Below, in pieces: positions 37,172 to 49,042 of a DNA stretch of 64,000 nucleotides. Location of the stretch: assembly GCA_950097015.1 (NCBI GenBank), contig CATNEN010000038.1, positions 1,116,001 to 1,180,000 of the forward strand, read 5' to 3'. The notes beneath the pieces were generated by a model, which worked only from the letters and a program-made list of their open reading frames with translations, ran no database searches and was not told the origin of the DNA. Each line of letters starts with the position of its first letter. Position 1 is the first letter of the stretch. The position numbers and the translations under genes are program-made. This DNA comes from Macrostomum hystrix. Its lineage: Eukaryota > Animalia > Platyhelminthes.

Positions 37172-40100
37172 ATGTCCCTCAGTGTGCATGTTAAATGGCA
37201 GAAGCAGAAGTTCTCGGATGTGCCAGTTGACACAAGCCAGCCGCCGGTGCTGTTCAAGGCCACTTTGTACAGTCTGTCAGGAGTGCCCCCGGATAGGCAG
37301 AAGGTAAGCTGGCTGAGCATGCGGGAAGGCAGGCGGATATTTCTGTGCGAGCCCATCGAAAACACCTTTTTAAACACAGCGAGGTTATTAGAGTCTCTGT
37401 GTACGGGTCCGTGTGTCTCATCTCTCCCGTGTCTCATCTCTCCCCCGTCTTATCTCTCCCCTGTCTTATTTCTCCCCTGTCTTATCTCTCCCCTGTCTCA
37501 TTTCTTCCCTGTCTTATCTCTCCCGTCTTATTTCTCCCCTGGCTTATCTCTCCCCTGGCTTTTCTCTCCCCTGTCTTATCTCTCCCCTGGCTTATCTCTC
37601 CCCTGTCTTATCTCTCCCCCGTCTTATCTCTCCCCTGTCTTATTTCTCCCCTGTCTTATCTCTCCCCTGTCTTATTTCTCCCGTCTTATCTCTCCCCTGT
37701 CTTATTTCTCCCGTCTTATCTCTCCCCTGTCTTATTTCTCCCCTGTCTTATCTCTCCCCTGTCTCATTTCTTCCCTGTCTTATCTCTCCCGTCTTATTTC
37801 TCCCCTGGCTTATCTCTCCCCTGGCTTTTCTCTCCCCTGTCTTATCTCTCCCCTGGCTTATCTCTCCCCTGTCTTATCTCTCCCCCGTCTTATCTCTCCC
37901 CTGTCTTATTTCTCCCCTGTCTCATTTCTTCCCTGTCTTATCTCTCCCGTCTTATCTCTCCCCTGTCTTATTTCTCTCCTGTCTTATCTCTCCCCTGTCT
38001 TATCTCTCCCGTGTATCATCTCTCGTGTCTCATCTTTTTAGCATATTTCCTGTCGCATCTCTCTACTGTTTCATCTCTTCATTGTCTGTCGTATCTTCTC
38101 TGCTTATTCGGCCCACTTGTCTCTCTTGGATTCTATTTTTAGCCTACGAAGCCTGTATGATTGCAGACCCAGTTGTGCGGGCTCCTAAATGTCAGTAGAA
38201 TATATATTCAAAGGTTTGTTATTATAGTGTGTATTCTGATACCGAATGATTGCGGGTCTAATGAATAAAACTATATTTGCTGACGTGTCACATCTCAATG
38301 GGGGTCGTGAGACTCAAGGCAGCACAGCGAAGAATTGACGAATCTCCAGTTCGCTCATCGATCGGTTGGCTATGGCCACGGCTTGAACCACACCCTTGAG
38401 ACGCTTGTCGCTATAACTGCTGGTCAGCCTCCGGCCGATGTACACCACGCAGCAGTTGTCTGGTAGACTACTGCTCGATGTTCCTATCTGGTCAGTGGCC
38501 ACAAAGCCGGTATTGTGGAATAAATTTGAAGTAGCTCCTGCGGCTTGCAGTACGACAGCTACGCTGTTCCATGCCGAGTCTGAGTCAGTCAGCTTATTCG
38601 CAAGCGAAAGTACGAACCTGGTGCCATTGACAATTGGATTAAAAAACAATCTGCGAGCCTCGCTATATTCCCATAGGTGGGGCCCGATGCCGCCATTTCC
38701 ATCAAACGCTGTCGCCTCCATAAAAGGTTGAACAGCTGGCACCCTCTTCAGTTTGATTAGCCAGGTAAAGCCGGGGGAAAAGTCTCGGTTAAAATAGCGA
38801 CTATCGTTCACCAGCGCGTAGGATGTGGCGCCGTCGAATTGGGCTCCTGCGTCGGTCCACTGCAGATTTTCGCCGGCTAGCGAGTAGCTCTTTTGCGGGT
38901 CGCCCTGGCAAACTCGGTTGCTGAACCGGTTGAAACCGCCCGCCAGCCACACGCCAATTAGTGACGGATTGAGCTGGGCGTCGCAGCTAGCCAAGCCTTT
39001 GGCTCGATACGTCACACAGTCGTCGATAGATGACTTGTTGAATAGCGTGCCGCACACCTGCTGGAAGTGGTAGAGCGAGCAGTCGCGTGAACGGCTGTTC
39101 CACTGCAGCACCAGGTCGTCTGGTGTCTTGCCGACTTTCATTAGGCAAGCCTGTGGGCTTATTGAAGTCCACTGGCTCTGCGCTAGGCTCGCATTGAAAC
39201 ACTGCATTGCGTCACCATACTGGCACCAGCGCCTGCCGCAGTTGCTAGCGGATGTCGAGCTTGCTAATAGTAAGCACTCAGTTGCCAGTTTAACGATGAA
39301 GCTTAGCCAACGTAAAGCCATTATTCCATTATTCTTGGATGCAACTTGGAAGTCATCATTAAAACAGCCAGACAAGCTTTTTATCCTCTTCTAGCTGGTT
39401 TATTGGTTAGTAATAGCAGCATTGTCATTCACTAAGAGTTTATTTTTCATATCCAGCGATGGCGATGAAAAGTTAAGCTAAAAAGTTAAGCTACTCATTC
39501 AATAAAATTGTCTTCTTTATTTAAATAGTCATAAAACAGAAAACACATCTGCCAAACGGCTCTAGCATTGTCCGTTCTACGCCCTCCCGCCCTACTGCCC
39601 TGCTCAAGCACGCCTGTTTTGCCCGGACAGTCAGTCAACGACTACGCATCGTCGCGTTGCTAGGAAGCGGAGGGCTGATCAGTTAGCCCCAGAAGTATAA
39701 ACAGGCAAAAAGCAATAGCTAAAAGTTAGCAGCAAACATTAAGTGCAAATGCCATTGAATATGTATACTACTGTGGGGCTTAATAATACTTAAATGATGG
39801 CTGTGGGCCATTCTACTCATTCCGCTGTCTCCAGATACGCAGTCACACTCTCAGTGTGCCTTGGGGTAGGCCTCCATAAACGCAAATTCAATAAACGTAA
39901 GAATGAAAGCCTCCAGGGTTGCACCCCCATGTGGCTTTGAGCTCAGGGACTGCGAGAGGCAAACCCTATAACCGCTCTGCCACTCACCCCTTATTTTGGG
40001 CTCAGAGTTTTAAACCCGGGCCGATATGTATGAAAATGCTTATAACTGACCTATAACCTAAATTGTAAGAAACGACTGTATTCAATCGCCAAGGTGATGG

Positions 40101-43100
40101 TGAAGGGCGCCGTATTGTCAGACGACAGCTGGTCCGGCGTCTCGCTGAAGCCCGGCGCCACCGTCATGCTGATGGGATCGGCCGAGGCGCTGCCTGAGGC
40201 GCCAGCGGCGCCCCCGGTGAAATTTGTCGAAGACATGGACGAAAGCGAATTGGCCAGAGCCATGGACGTGCCGCCAGGCCTAAACAACCTGGGCAACACC
40301 TGCTACATGAACGCCACCGTGCAGTGCCTGCGCAGCGTGCCTGAGCTACGTTCGCTACTGGCGAAGAACCGCCTAAACAGCTTTGGCAACGCCGGCGGCG
40401 GTCCCGATGTTCTAGTGTCGGCCCTGGCCAAATTGTTCGGCGCCCTGGACAACGCCGGCTCTGCTGTGTCGCCTCACGTCTTCCTGCACCTGCTGCAAGC
40501 CGCCTGTCCCCAGTTTGCTACAAAAGCCGAGGGAGGCGTCTATCAACAGCAGGACGCCAACGAGTGCTGGGTGGAGCTGGTCCGCTGCCTGCAGAGCCGC
40601 CTGCCGGTGAGGCTAAAATGGGCTGGTACCAGATTGTGCAGTCTATTAGTTACTAGGGTGGGCGGAAATGGGTGGAACCGGGGGGACAGAAAAAGAGGCC
40701 CATAGAAAGCGGAATTAGGGGAAGGTGATTAAGGGCGGAAATTAGATGATCGTGGGGAGCGGAAATATTAATCGTAGGGAGCAGAAGTATTAGAGGATCC
40801 TAGGGGGGCGGAAGTTAGAGAATCCTTGGGGCGGAAGTTAGATGATCTTTGGGGCGGAAGTTAGAGAATCCTTGGGGGCGGAAGTTAGATGATCTTTGGG
40901 GCGGAAGTTAGAGAATACTTGGGGCGGAAGTTAGAGACTAGTTGGGGCGAAAGTTAGAGAATACTTGGGGCGGAAGTTAGAGACTAGTTGGGGCGAAAGT
41001 TAGAGAATACTTGGGGCGGAAGTTAGAATAGTTGGGGCGGAACTTAGAGAATACTTGGGGGCGGAAGTTAGAGAATCCTTGGGGGCGGAAGTTAGATGAT
41101 CCTTGGGGCGGAAGTTAGAGAATAGTTGGGGCGGAAGTTAGATGATCCTTGGGGCGGAAGTTAGAGAATACTTGGGGCGGAAGTTAGAATAGTTGGGGCG
41201 GAACTTAGAGAATACTTGGGGGCGGAAGTTAGAGAATCCTTGGGGGCGGAAGTTAGATGATCCTTGGGGCGGAAGTTAGAGAATAATTGGGGCGGAAGTT
41301 AGAGAATAGTTGGGGCGGAAGTTAGAGAATACTTGGGGCGGAAGTTAGATGATCCTTGGGGCGGAAGTTAGAGAATAATTGGGGCGGAAGTTAGAGAATC
41401 CTTGGGGCGGAAGTTAGATGATCCTTGGGGGCGGAAGTTAGAGAATCCTTGGGGGCGGAAGTTAGATGATCCTTGGGGCGGAAGTTAGAGAATACTTGGG
41501 GCGGAAGTTAGAGAATCCTTGGGGGCGGAAGTTAGATGATCCTTGGGGCGGAAGTTAGAGAATCTAAGCCGAGCCGAAGTTAAAGCCGAGCACTTTATTA
41601 TTCCACAACTGATCCTCAGGTGAGCGAGAGCGGCGTCAGCGTTGGCGCAGCCGCCGCCTCGAGCGTCTCCTTCACCGACCGCTTCCTGACCGGCGCCATG
41701 ACCTGCCGCCTCACCTGCCAGGAGTGCGGCCCGGAGGCCGAGCCCGAGGTCACCCTGGCTGAGACATTCAGCCAGCTGAGCTGCTTCATTGACAAGGATG
41801 TGAAGTACCTGCACACCGGCCTCACTAACGCTATGAAGAGCACGCTAACTAAGAAATGCGAGCGTCTGGGCAGGGACGCTGGTTACTCTAAGCAGAGCAA
41901 GATCACCCGCCTGCCGGCTTACCTGACTGTGCAGTTTGTTCGCTTCTTCTACAAGGAGAAAGAGCAGGTGAACGCCAAGGTGCTCAAGGATGTGAAATTC
42001 TCCCTCACTTTGGACGTCTACCAACTGTGCTCCGAGGAGCTGCAGGCCAAGCTGACTCCGATGCGGGAGCAGGTGAGTCAGATTTGAACAGCAGATTAAG
42101 GGAAAGAAACAAATAATGAAGAAATAAAGGAAAGGGAAACTGATTCAGGAACAAGACCTTGGATTGAATGAAAATGGAAAATATTAAATGAGAGGCAAAA
42201 TATAAGAGAGAACCGATAACTGGGAAGTGGCCATGATCATGGCCCCCTAATACGCAAACCAGATCCGGCGCATGGACGAGTGGCTGTCTCTCAGGTCTGG
42301 CGCTGCCAAGCGGCGCCCCGGCCCCGCAGCCGCCGCCGATGGATCCTCGGCGGCCCCAGCTGCGGGTCCCGGAGTCAGCAGCTTGAACTCGACCGCCTGG
42401 CAGCCGACTCTGCCGCCCCTGGAGGCCGGAGCGCCCGCGCCGCCTGCCTACTTTTTTGAAGACGATCCCGGATCCAATGCCAGCGGCCAGTACATGCTGC
42501 AGGCTGTGCTCACGCATCAGGTTGGTTGGCTGTTGATCTTAATCCCAAAGGTTTTATACTCTACCTTAATCCTAAGATAACTTCCTAATCCCAAAACCAA
42601 ACTCACTAATCCTGCTTCTAAAATCCATACTCCCTAAAAATGGATTCCTAAAAAATCCCTACTCTCTAAAATCAAAACTTAAACTAAAGTCGCTAATCCT
42701 AAAGCTTAAATCACTAATCGCAAGTGTAAAATGCTAATCCCGAAGCTACGACTTCTAATCCCGAAGTTAAAATCTCTAATGCCGAAGTTAAAACCTCTAA
42801 TCTGGAAACTAAGACCTCTAATCCGGAAACTAAGACCTCTAATCCCGAAGCTACGACCGCTCAAAACCCGCTAATTTCGAAGTCTAAACTCTTCTCAATT
42901 CTCGATTCCCAAAATCTCATTGCAACTCGCGCAGGGCCGCTCCAGCTCGTCCGGTCACTACGTGGCCTGGGTGCGCAAGGCCGACCAGCCGGCCAACGCC
43001 AACGCGGAGGAGGACGTCTGGTTCAAATTCGACGACGACTACGTGACCGCCGTGACCGGGGCGGACATTCTGCGCCTGTCTGGCGGCGGCGACTGGCACT

Positions 43101-43219
43101 GCGCCTACCTGCTGCTGTATGGACCGCGCCGCCTGGACAGGGACTACTCCGGCCTGCCGCCTCCCATCGACGCTAGCCAGCCGCAGCAGCAGCAGCAGCA
43201 GCCAATGAATACGGACTGA
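37172..43219 (+). CDS. USP14: Ubiquitin carboxyl-terminal hydrolase 14 (USP14/Ubp6), proteasome-associated deubiquitinase
   Basis: Exons 37172-37303, 40094-40606, 41620-42072, 42263-42520 and 42935-43219, all phase 0. N-terminal UBL (VKW...LYSLSGVPPDRQK|VMVKG), Cys box GLNNLGNTCYMNA, QQQDANE, His box HQ|GRSSSSGHYVAW, WFKFDDD, GGGDWHCAYLLLY. Confidence 0.96.
37410..38035. repeat. 15-16-bp minisatellite (tgtcttatctctcccc) in USP14 intron 1
   Basis: Seen directly. Confidence 0.95.
38314..39321 (-). CDS. Intronless secreted protein: PAN/Apple-like Cys domain + LamG/concanavalin-A-like (pentraxin-like) domain, nested in USP14 intron 1
   Basis: 335-codon ORF from ATG 39321 with a hydrophobic signal-like N-terminus and a Cys-rich segment (SPQAC...WNSRSRDCSLY). 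LamG-3 hallmarks follow: AQFDGATSY, FTWLIKLK, WNSVAVV, YIGRR, LKGVVQAVAIANRSMSELEI. Confidence 0.78.
   Translation of the reverse strand: MALRWLSFIVKLATECLLLASSTSASNCGRRWCQYGDAMQCFNASLAQSQWTSISPQACLMKVGKTPDDLVLQWNSRSRDCSLYHFQQVCGTLFNKSSIDDCVTYRAKGLASCDAQLNPSLIGVWLAGGFNRFSNRVCQGDPQKSYSLAGENLQWTDAGAQFDGATSYALVNDSRYFNRDFSPGFTWLIKLKRVPAVQPFMEATAFDGNGGIGPHLWEYSEARRLFFNPIVNGTRFVLSLANKLTDSDSAWNSVAVVLQAAGATSNLFHNTGFVATDQIGTSSSSLPDNCCVVYIGRRLTSSYSDKRLKGVVQAVAIANRSMSELEIRQFFAVLP
39780..39992 (-). mobile_element. SINE family A copy 5 (degenerate, internally deleted)
   Basis: The minus strand reads ggggtgagtggcagagcggttatagggtttgcctctcgcagtccctgagctc...ccaaggcacactgagagtgtg, matching the SINE A head and body. 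Confidence 0.65.
40730..41563. repeat. 23-bp minisatellite (ggggcggaagttagagaatactt) in USP14 intron 2
   Basis: About 33 units. Confidence 0.95.
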
Positions 43220-43979
43220 CATTGTTTGATTAAAATTTAGTTTTTTATCTCCTAATTTGAAGGGTTCATGGTCTTCTTCTGCTTCTTTCAGAAGAATATT
43301 TTGGGTAGCAACACAGACAAGTCGCCCGCCTTTGTTTTGGGTTAGTTCCGTCTTAAACTGCCAGCTACCATTCTAAATGCAATCTGAACAATTGTTATTC
43401 AGCGCTGCCATTTTTCACAATGGCCCAAATACCTATCCGCTTTTCCGGTTGCAAATTATCTTTCATTTCTACTGACAAGTAGTCTATTCAGTTTTCTGTT
43501 TTATCAAAAATGCTGCAGCCTTAGTTCTAAAAAACTCCACTTTATTTGGGATTAAGATCCTCAATAAATCCATCCTGAATCCGATTCCCGCACTGCTGTG
43601 CTCGCACTCCTAAGGCATTTGCAGTTGCTTTCTGCGGAAGAGACTCAAAAGCAGCCTTCAAGCAGTGCACTTTAGTCTGATGGCATATTAAATAATTGTC
43701 TATTTTTAGTTTCAACTTATCGGTTCTCTAAATTTCTTGCAACGTCCAGTGAAGCCTAGAAATATTAATTTAATTGTTTTAAGTCCATTGTCTCTCCTGT
43801 TTGGCCTTCCGACAGCAATGAAATGTTGCTGTCTTGTTTTTTATTATTTTTATGATTTTATTCCTAGCAGCTTTTGTTGCTCATATCCTTTAGTTGACAC
43901 CCCCTCAACTCCCAGATCCTCAAAATTTGCTTCCCTTAACACACACACATCAGATCCTCAATAGTTGCATCTCTGAACT

Positions 43980-45115
43980 TCCAGATCAGATCCTCATTTT
44001 TTGCGTCCCTGATCTCCCAGATCCTCCTTGTTAGCGTCACTAATCTCCCAGATCCTCATTATTGACGTCCCTGATCTCCCAGATCCTCATTATTTGCCTC
44101 ACTGAAAACCCAGATCCTCATTGTTAGCGTCCCTAATCTCCCAGATCCTCATTATTGACGTCCCTTATCTCCCAGATCCTCATTATTTGCCTCACTGAAA
44201 ACCCAGATCCTCATTGTTAGCGTCCCTAATCTCCCAGATCCTCATTATTGACGTCCCTTATCTCCCAGATCCTCATTATTTGCCTCACTGAAAACCCAGA
44301 TCCTCATTGTTAGCGTCCCTAATCTCCCAGATCCTCATTATTGACGTCCCTAATCTCCCAGATCCTCATTATTGACGTCCCTGATCTCCCAGATCCTCAT
44401 TATTTGCCTCACTGAAAACCCAGATCCTCATTGTTAGCGTCCCTAATCTCCCAGATCCTCATTGTTGACGTCCCTGATCTCCCAGATCCTCATTATTTGC
44501 CTCACTGAAAACCCAGATCCTCATTATTTGCCTCACTGAAAACCCAGATCCTCATTATTGACGTCCCTAATCTACCAGATCCTCATTATTTGCCTCACTG
44601 AAAACCCAGATCCTCATTGTTAGCGTCCCTAATCTCCCAGATCCTCATTGTTGACGTCCCTGATCTCCCAGATCCTCATTATTGACGTCCCTGATCTCCC
44701 AGATCCTCATTATTTGCCTCACTGAAAACCCAGATCCTCATTATTGACGTCCCTAATCTACCAGATCCTCATTGTTAGCGTCCCTAATCTCCCAGATCCT
44801 CATTATTGACGTCCCTGATCTCCCAGATCCTCATTATTTGCCTCACTGAAAACCCAGATCCTCATTATTTGCCTCACTGAAAACCCAGATCCTCATTATT
44901 GACGTCCCTGATCTCCCAGATCCTCATTATTTGCCTCACTGAAAACCCAGATCCTCATTATTGACGTCCCTAATCTACCAGATCCTCATTATTGGTGTCC
45001 CTGAACTCTTAGGTCCTCAATATTGACATCCCTGAAGTCTTAGGTCACATCCTCAAACTTGACATCCCTGAAGTCTTAGATCAGATACTCAAACTTGACA
45101 TCCCTGAACTCCCAG
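43980..45115. repeat. 31-bp minisatellite with 93-bp higher-order structure (cccagatcctcattattgacgtccctgatct)
   Basis: Three unit variants alternate; actgaaaa occurs at 44101 and 44194. Confidence 0.95.
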
Positions 45116-45170
45116 AACATCATGCAAAATGTATTCAATTTTCAGCTGGTGTCCAATTCCACTGTCGGCC

Positions 45171-45476
45171 ATGTCGCAGAATGTCGAGCCATACGTTGAC
45201 TTCACCAAGAAGCCGCAGCCCTACTACGATGTGAAGCTGCCACAGCCCAAGGCTGTCTCGCCTTTGATCCGCGCCGCCCGCTGGGGCTTCCTACTGGCTG
45301 GCGTTATCTACGGCTACAGCCGCTTTAACTACCTGGTGCGCAAGGAGGAGCGCGAGTGGCCGCACACCCGGGCCATCCTGGAGCGCCGCAAGCACGAGTA
45401 CGAGGCCAGCAAGAAGATCAAGGCCGAAGTTGAAATGCTGGAATTGGCCAAGGATGCCGGTGTTAAGCCCAAGTGA
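45171..45476 (+). CDS. ATP5ME: Mitochondrial ATP synthase subunit e
   Basis: VSPLIRAARWGFLLAGVIYGYSRFNYL (GxxxG TM helix) followed by a charged helical tail. ATG 45171 in gccATG context; splice acceptor ttttcag at 45145. Confidence 0.9.
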   Translation: MSQNVEPYVDFTKKPQPYYDVKLPQPKAVSPLIRAARWGFLLAGVIYGYSRFNYLVRKEEREWPHTRAILERRKHEYEASKKIKAEVEMLELAKDAGVKPK

Positions 45477-46192
45477 TTTGTTTGGCCACTTTAGGATACT
45501 GTGACCTTTGTTTGTGACCGAAATTTACTAAATTGTAATAATAGTTATTGTCTTAAATAGCTGTAGTTATTAAATTTTACACTTGTTGGGTGGACGAAAA
45601 TGAGTGCTGTAATTATTTTATCCTACTTTTATTACTACTGTCCTTCTCATTGTCAGAAGTATAACAATAGTAAATTAATTGCAAATTATAACAAAGCGCT
45701 CGATTTCAGTTTGCTCGGATTCTAAGAAAGTTTTCCAATCGTTTTCAAATCGCGCACCCAAGAAGACTTACTCATAGGTATTTAGTGAGCAGGAACAGGA
45801 CTTGTAGCTAGTTCCACCTTCTATACATTTTTGCAGTGCGCGTTCTAAATATCTATCATTCATTTTAGTTTATGAAAATCAACTTGTAGCTGCCATTGCT
45901 AAATAGAAAATTAACTAGAAAACCGATTACAATGCCTTCAACGGAGATGTCCATCTGTCTGCTTGTCCTTGCACATCTCTTAGTCTTTTTTCTTTGAAAA
46001 AATCTGCTTTTTAGTTTAGCACTTTTAATTAGTCTAATTAGATATTGGTGCCTAATGACCACTATATATTTAAGTCTAATGGCGGCAAGATATTGGTGTC
46101 TAATGACCACTAGGTTTAAAGGTCTAATGACCAATAGATATTGTGGTCTAATGATCATCTTATTAAAAATCCCAGCTACCTGACTCCCTCAG

Positions 46193-47075
46193 TCTGATGG
46201 TAAGCAGCCGCAGCCGCCCAGTCGCCATTGGGGCACCCAAACCGACGGTCGGTCAGCTGACCAGCTGCTGGGCGACTCTGAACTGGCCGGGCTGCGGCTG
46301 CGCCTGTCGGTGGCCACTGACCAGCTGATCCGGCTGCGCTCCGCGTACTGCGCCTTCCCTGGCCGCGAGGACGCCAAGGACCAATGGTCCCGCTACGCCT
46401 TTCTCGGCCACTTCCCGCAGGACAACGAAGACGCATCTTCTTCGTCATCGACTGGCTGCCAGTCGGCCGATTCCGACGACGCCAGCTCGGCCGACGCTGA
46501 CGGCGAGCTGTTCCGGCCGAGGCGGCTGCGCAGATCGTCGCGATCATCTAGATCCAGGACGGCTTCGACTAGTGCCTCGCTGCCTGCTTGGACTGCCGCT
46601 TCCAGTAGCAGATCGACTGCCAGGCGGCGCAAATGTCGGTCAGTGAAGAACAGGAGAGCTTTCCTATCTGGAATATCCTAATCCGATTATAGAATGTCCC
46701 AATAACATATTAACCCTGATATCTGGGATATAATGCGATAGGGATATTCTATCCCATAATAGAATATCCCAATCCCATCACAAAACATCCCAATCCAATG
46801 ATAAAATGTCCCAATCCAGTCAAAGTATATCCCATCTTCCTGCTTTCAGCTGGTCATTCTCGCTGCTGCTGCTGCTTTTATCTCCGGTGCTGTCCCGGCT
46901 GTCAACTTGGCTGCTTCGGCCGGTCTGCGTTGCCTGGCGACGCCGAAGGAGATTAATAGCGCCCTGTCGCAGCGGCCGCCAGTGCTGCCTGCTGTTGCTA
47001 GCCGCCTACGCAATCTGCCTGCACCTGGCTCTAGCCTATTGTCTGCTGGCCTCCGTGTCCGAATCGGCCCAGTAA
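46193..47075 (+). CDS. 5'-incomplete tail-anchored membrane protein with golgin-type (CASP/golgin-84/giantin-like) YxxxLH C-terminal TMD
   Basis: GC-rich exons 46193-46638 (ctccctcag| ... CG|gtcagt) and 46850-47075 (ctttcag|) join in frame. The protein ends LLLLAAYAICLHLALAYCLLASVSESAQ*. No in-frame ATG was found. Confidence 0.55.
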
Positions 47076-47104
47076 CACCGCTTACTTGCCTAAGGGGCTG
47101 GGGT

Positions 47105-47857
47105 CCTACCGGAGTTTGAACCTGTTCTTCCGCGGTTAAACGGGCTTAACCGGTTCTACCGTGATTAAATCTGTTCTACTGGGGTTAAACCGGTTCTACC
47201 GATGTTAAACCTGTTCTACCGGGGTTAAACCTGTTCTACTGGGGTTAAACCTGTTTTACCGGGGTTAAACCTGTTCTACTGGGGTTAAACCTGTTCTACT
47301 GGGGTTAAACCTGTTCTACTGGGTTTAAACCTGTTCTACCGGGGTTAAACCTGTTCTACTGGGGTTAAGTCTGTTCTACTGGGGTTAAACCTGTTTTACC
47401 GGGGTTAAACCTGTTTTACCGGGGTTAAACCTGTTCTACCGATGTTAAACCTGTTCTACCGGGGTTAAACCTGTTCTACTGGGGTTAAACCTGTTCTACT
47501 GGGTTTAAACCGGTTCTACCGGGGTTAAACCTGTTCTACCGGGGTTAAACCTGTTCTACTGGGTTTAAACCGGTTCTACCGGGGTTAAACCTGTTCTACT
47601 GGGGTTAAACCGGTTCTACCGGGGTTAAACCTGTTCTACCGGGGTTAAACCGGTTCTACCGGGGTTGAACCGGTTCTACCGGGGTTAAACCTGTTCTACT
47701 GGGGTTAAACCTGTTCTACTGGGGTTAAACCGGTTCTACCGGGGTTAAACCTGTTCTACCGGGGTTAAACCTGTTCTACTGGGGTTAAACCGGTTCTACC
47801 GGGGTTAAACCTGTTCTACCGGGGTTAAACCGGTTCTACCGGGGTTAAACCGGGTTC
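47105..47857. repeat. 20-bp minisatellite (ggggttaaacctgttctacy)
   Basis: Seen directly. Confidence 0.95.
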
Positions 47858-49042
47858 ACATTAGACAGATTTTTTTGTCGACGCAAATGTTATTTTATAT
47901 TCCATGCTTTAGTGTCGCTTTGGTAGGGTAGGGCTTTGGTTGCTGGGCCTGTAGCAAGCCAGTGTTCATTTTATTCCTAGTTAGCCGTGGTGTCTTTTAT
48001 TTTATGCATTTGCAGTTTCGTTTTCTTTGGGGGCTACAATTAAAAATTGTCCTACTACATTATTTTGTAGGAATTATTTTCCAGACATTTATTCTGCCAA
48101 ATGTGCGCGTTCTGAGATGTGTTCCGTCCCCGCTTTCTTCTGCGACCTTCGTACATCTTTCTTGGTCAATTTGATAGATTAAGTACTTTGAATGGCAAAA
48201 ATTCTAGATGTGATTATTTAGATAAGCTTGTTGTGTTTTCATATCACAATTTAATTGTTTTTCTGTGAAGCTTGAGCATTTTCTTTGGATTGAGTCCTAG
48301 TGCATATTCTCGATTATTTTCGCCTTGTAATTATTTAATCCTTGTAACGACTATGACCCTATAAGGTTCCCATTTGCTACATATTTTTCCCACTGGCCTG
48401 TCCTGCTCCAACCTGCGGTTTTGTGTCGCTCTAACCGTCGAAGGCAATGAGACCAATTAGAATTCTTCTGATATCTTGATGAAATATTGAATTCCTTAAA
48501 TTTTTTCAATACATATCGGCTGTAGCCGTACTCACTGCGCCTGTCAATACACTAAAACTTCTTGTTCTTGGGCAGGTAAATCAAATGTTGCTTATGCGTT
48601 TGCTACCGCGCGTTTAATATTCACTGCTCTAAGCCGACATTTATCAAACAGGATTATTGTGCTTCTGCTAATCATTTTGTGTTTTACCCGGGCAAGTTAA
48701 ATAGTTCTGCCGTTTAGCAATAGAAAAAATGGTGATTTGTCCGTTCTTGCTATAATCTCTCTATAATAAACTGTGATTAAACAATGTCCGTTTATTGAAT
48801 TGCTAAGTAAATATTGTGCTAAACAGTGCCAATAGTGTGTCGCCCGTGTGGCATGCATCTTTATTAAACACATACTTTAAAATGGTGCGATACATGTATA
48901 GGGCGTATGTACTGTACTGTACTATACTGTATTGCACTGTAATGCACAATGTAAGCTAATGCGCTTGCATGTTAAAGTACTTTAGAGAACTCCAGTTTGC
49001 AGCTGTTTCGTTGAGAACCGAGTTATAAAGAAAAGTTCGACT

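Noticed and set aside
46176-46632. Minus-strand ORFs over GC-rich exons (also 4625-5038, 19449-20012, 42005-42517, and + strand 49088-49624, 59977-60420)
   Set aside because: Antisense shadows of real GC-rich coding exons.
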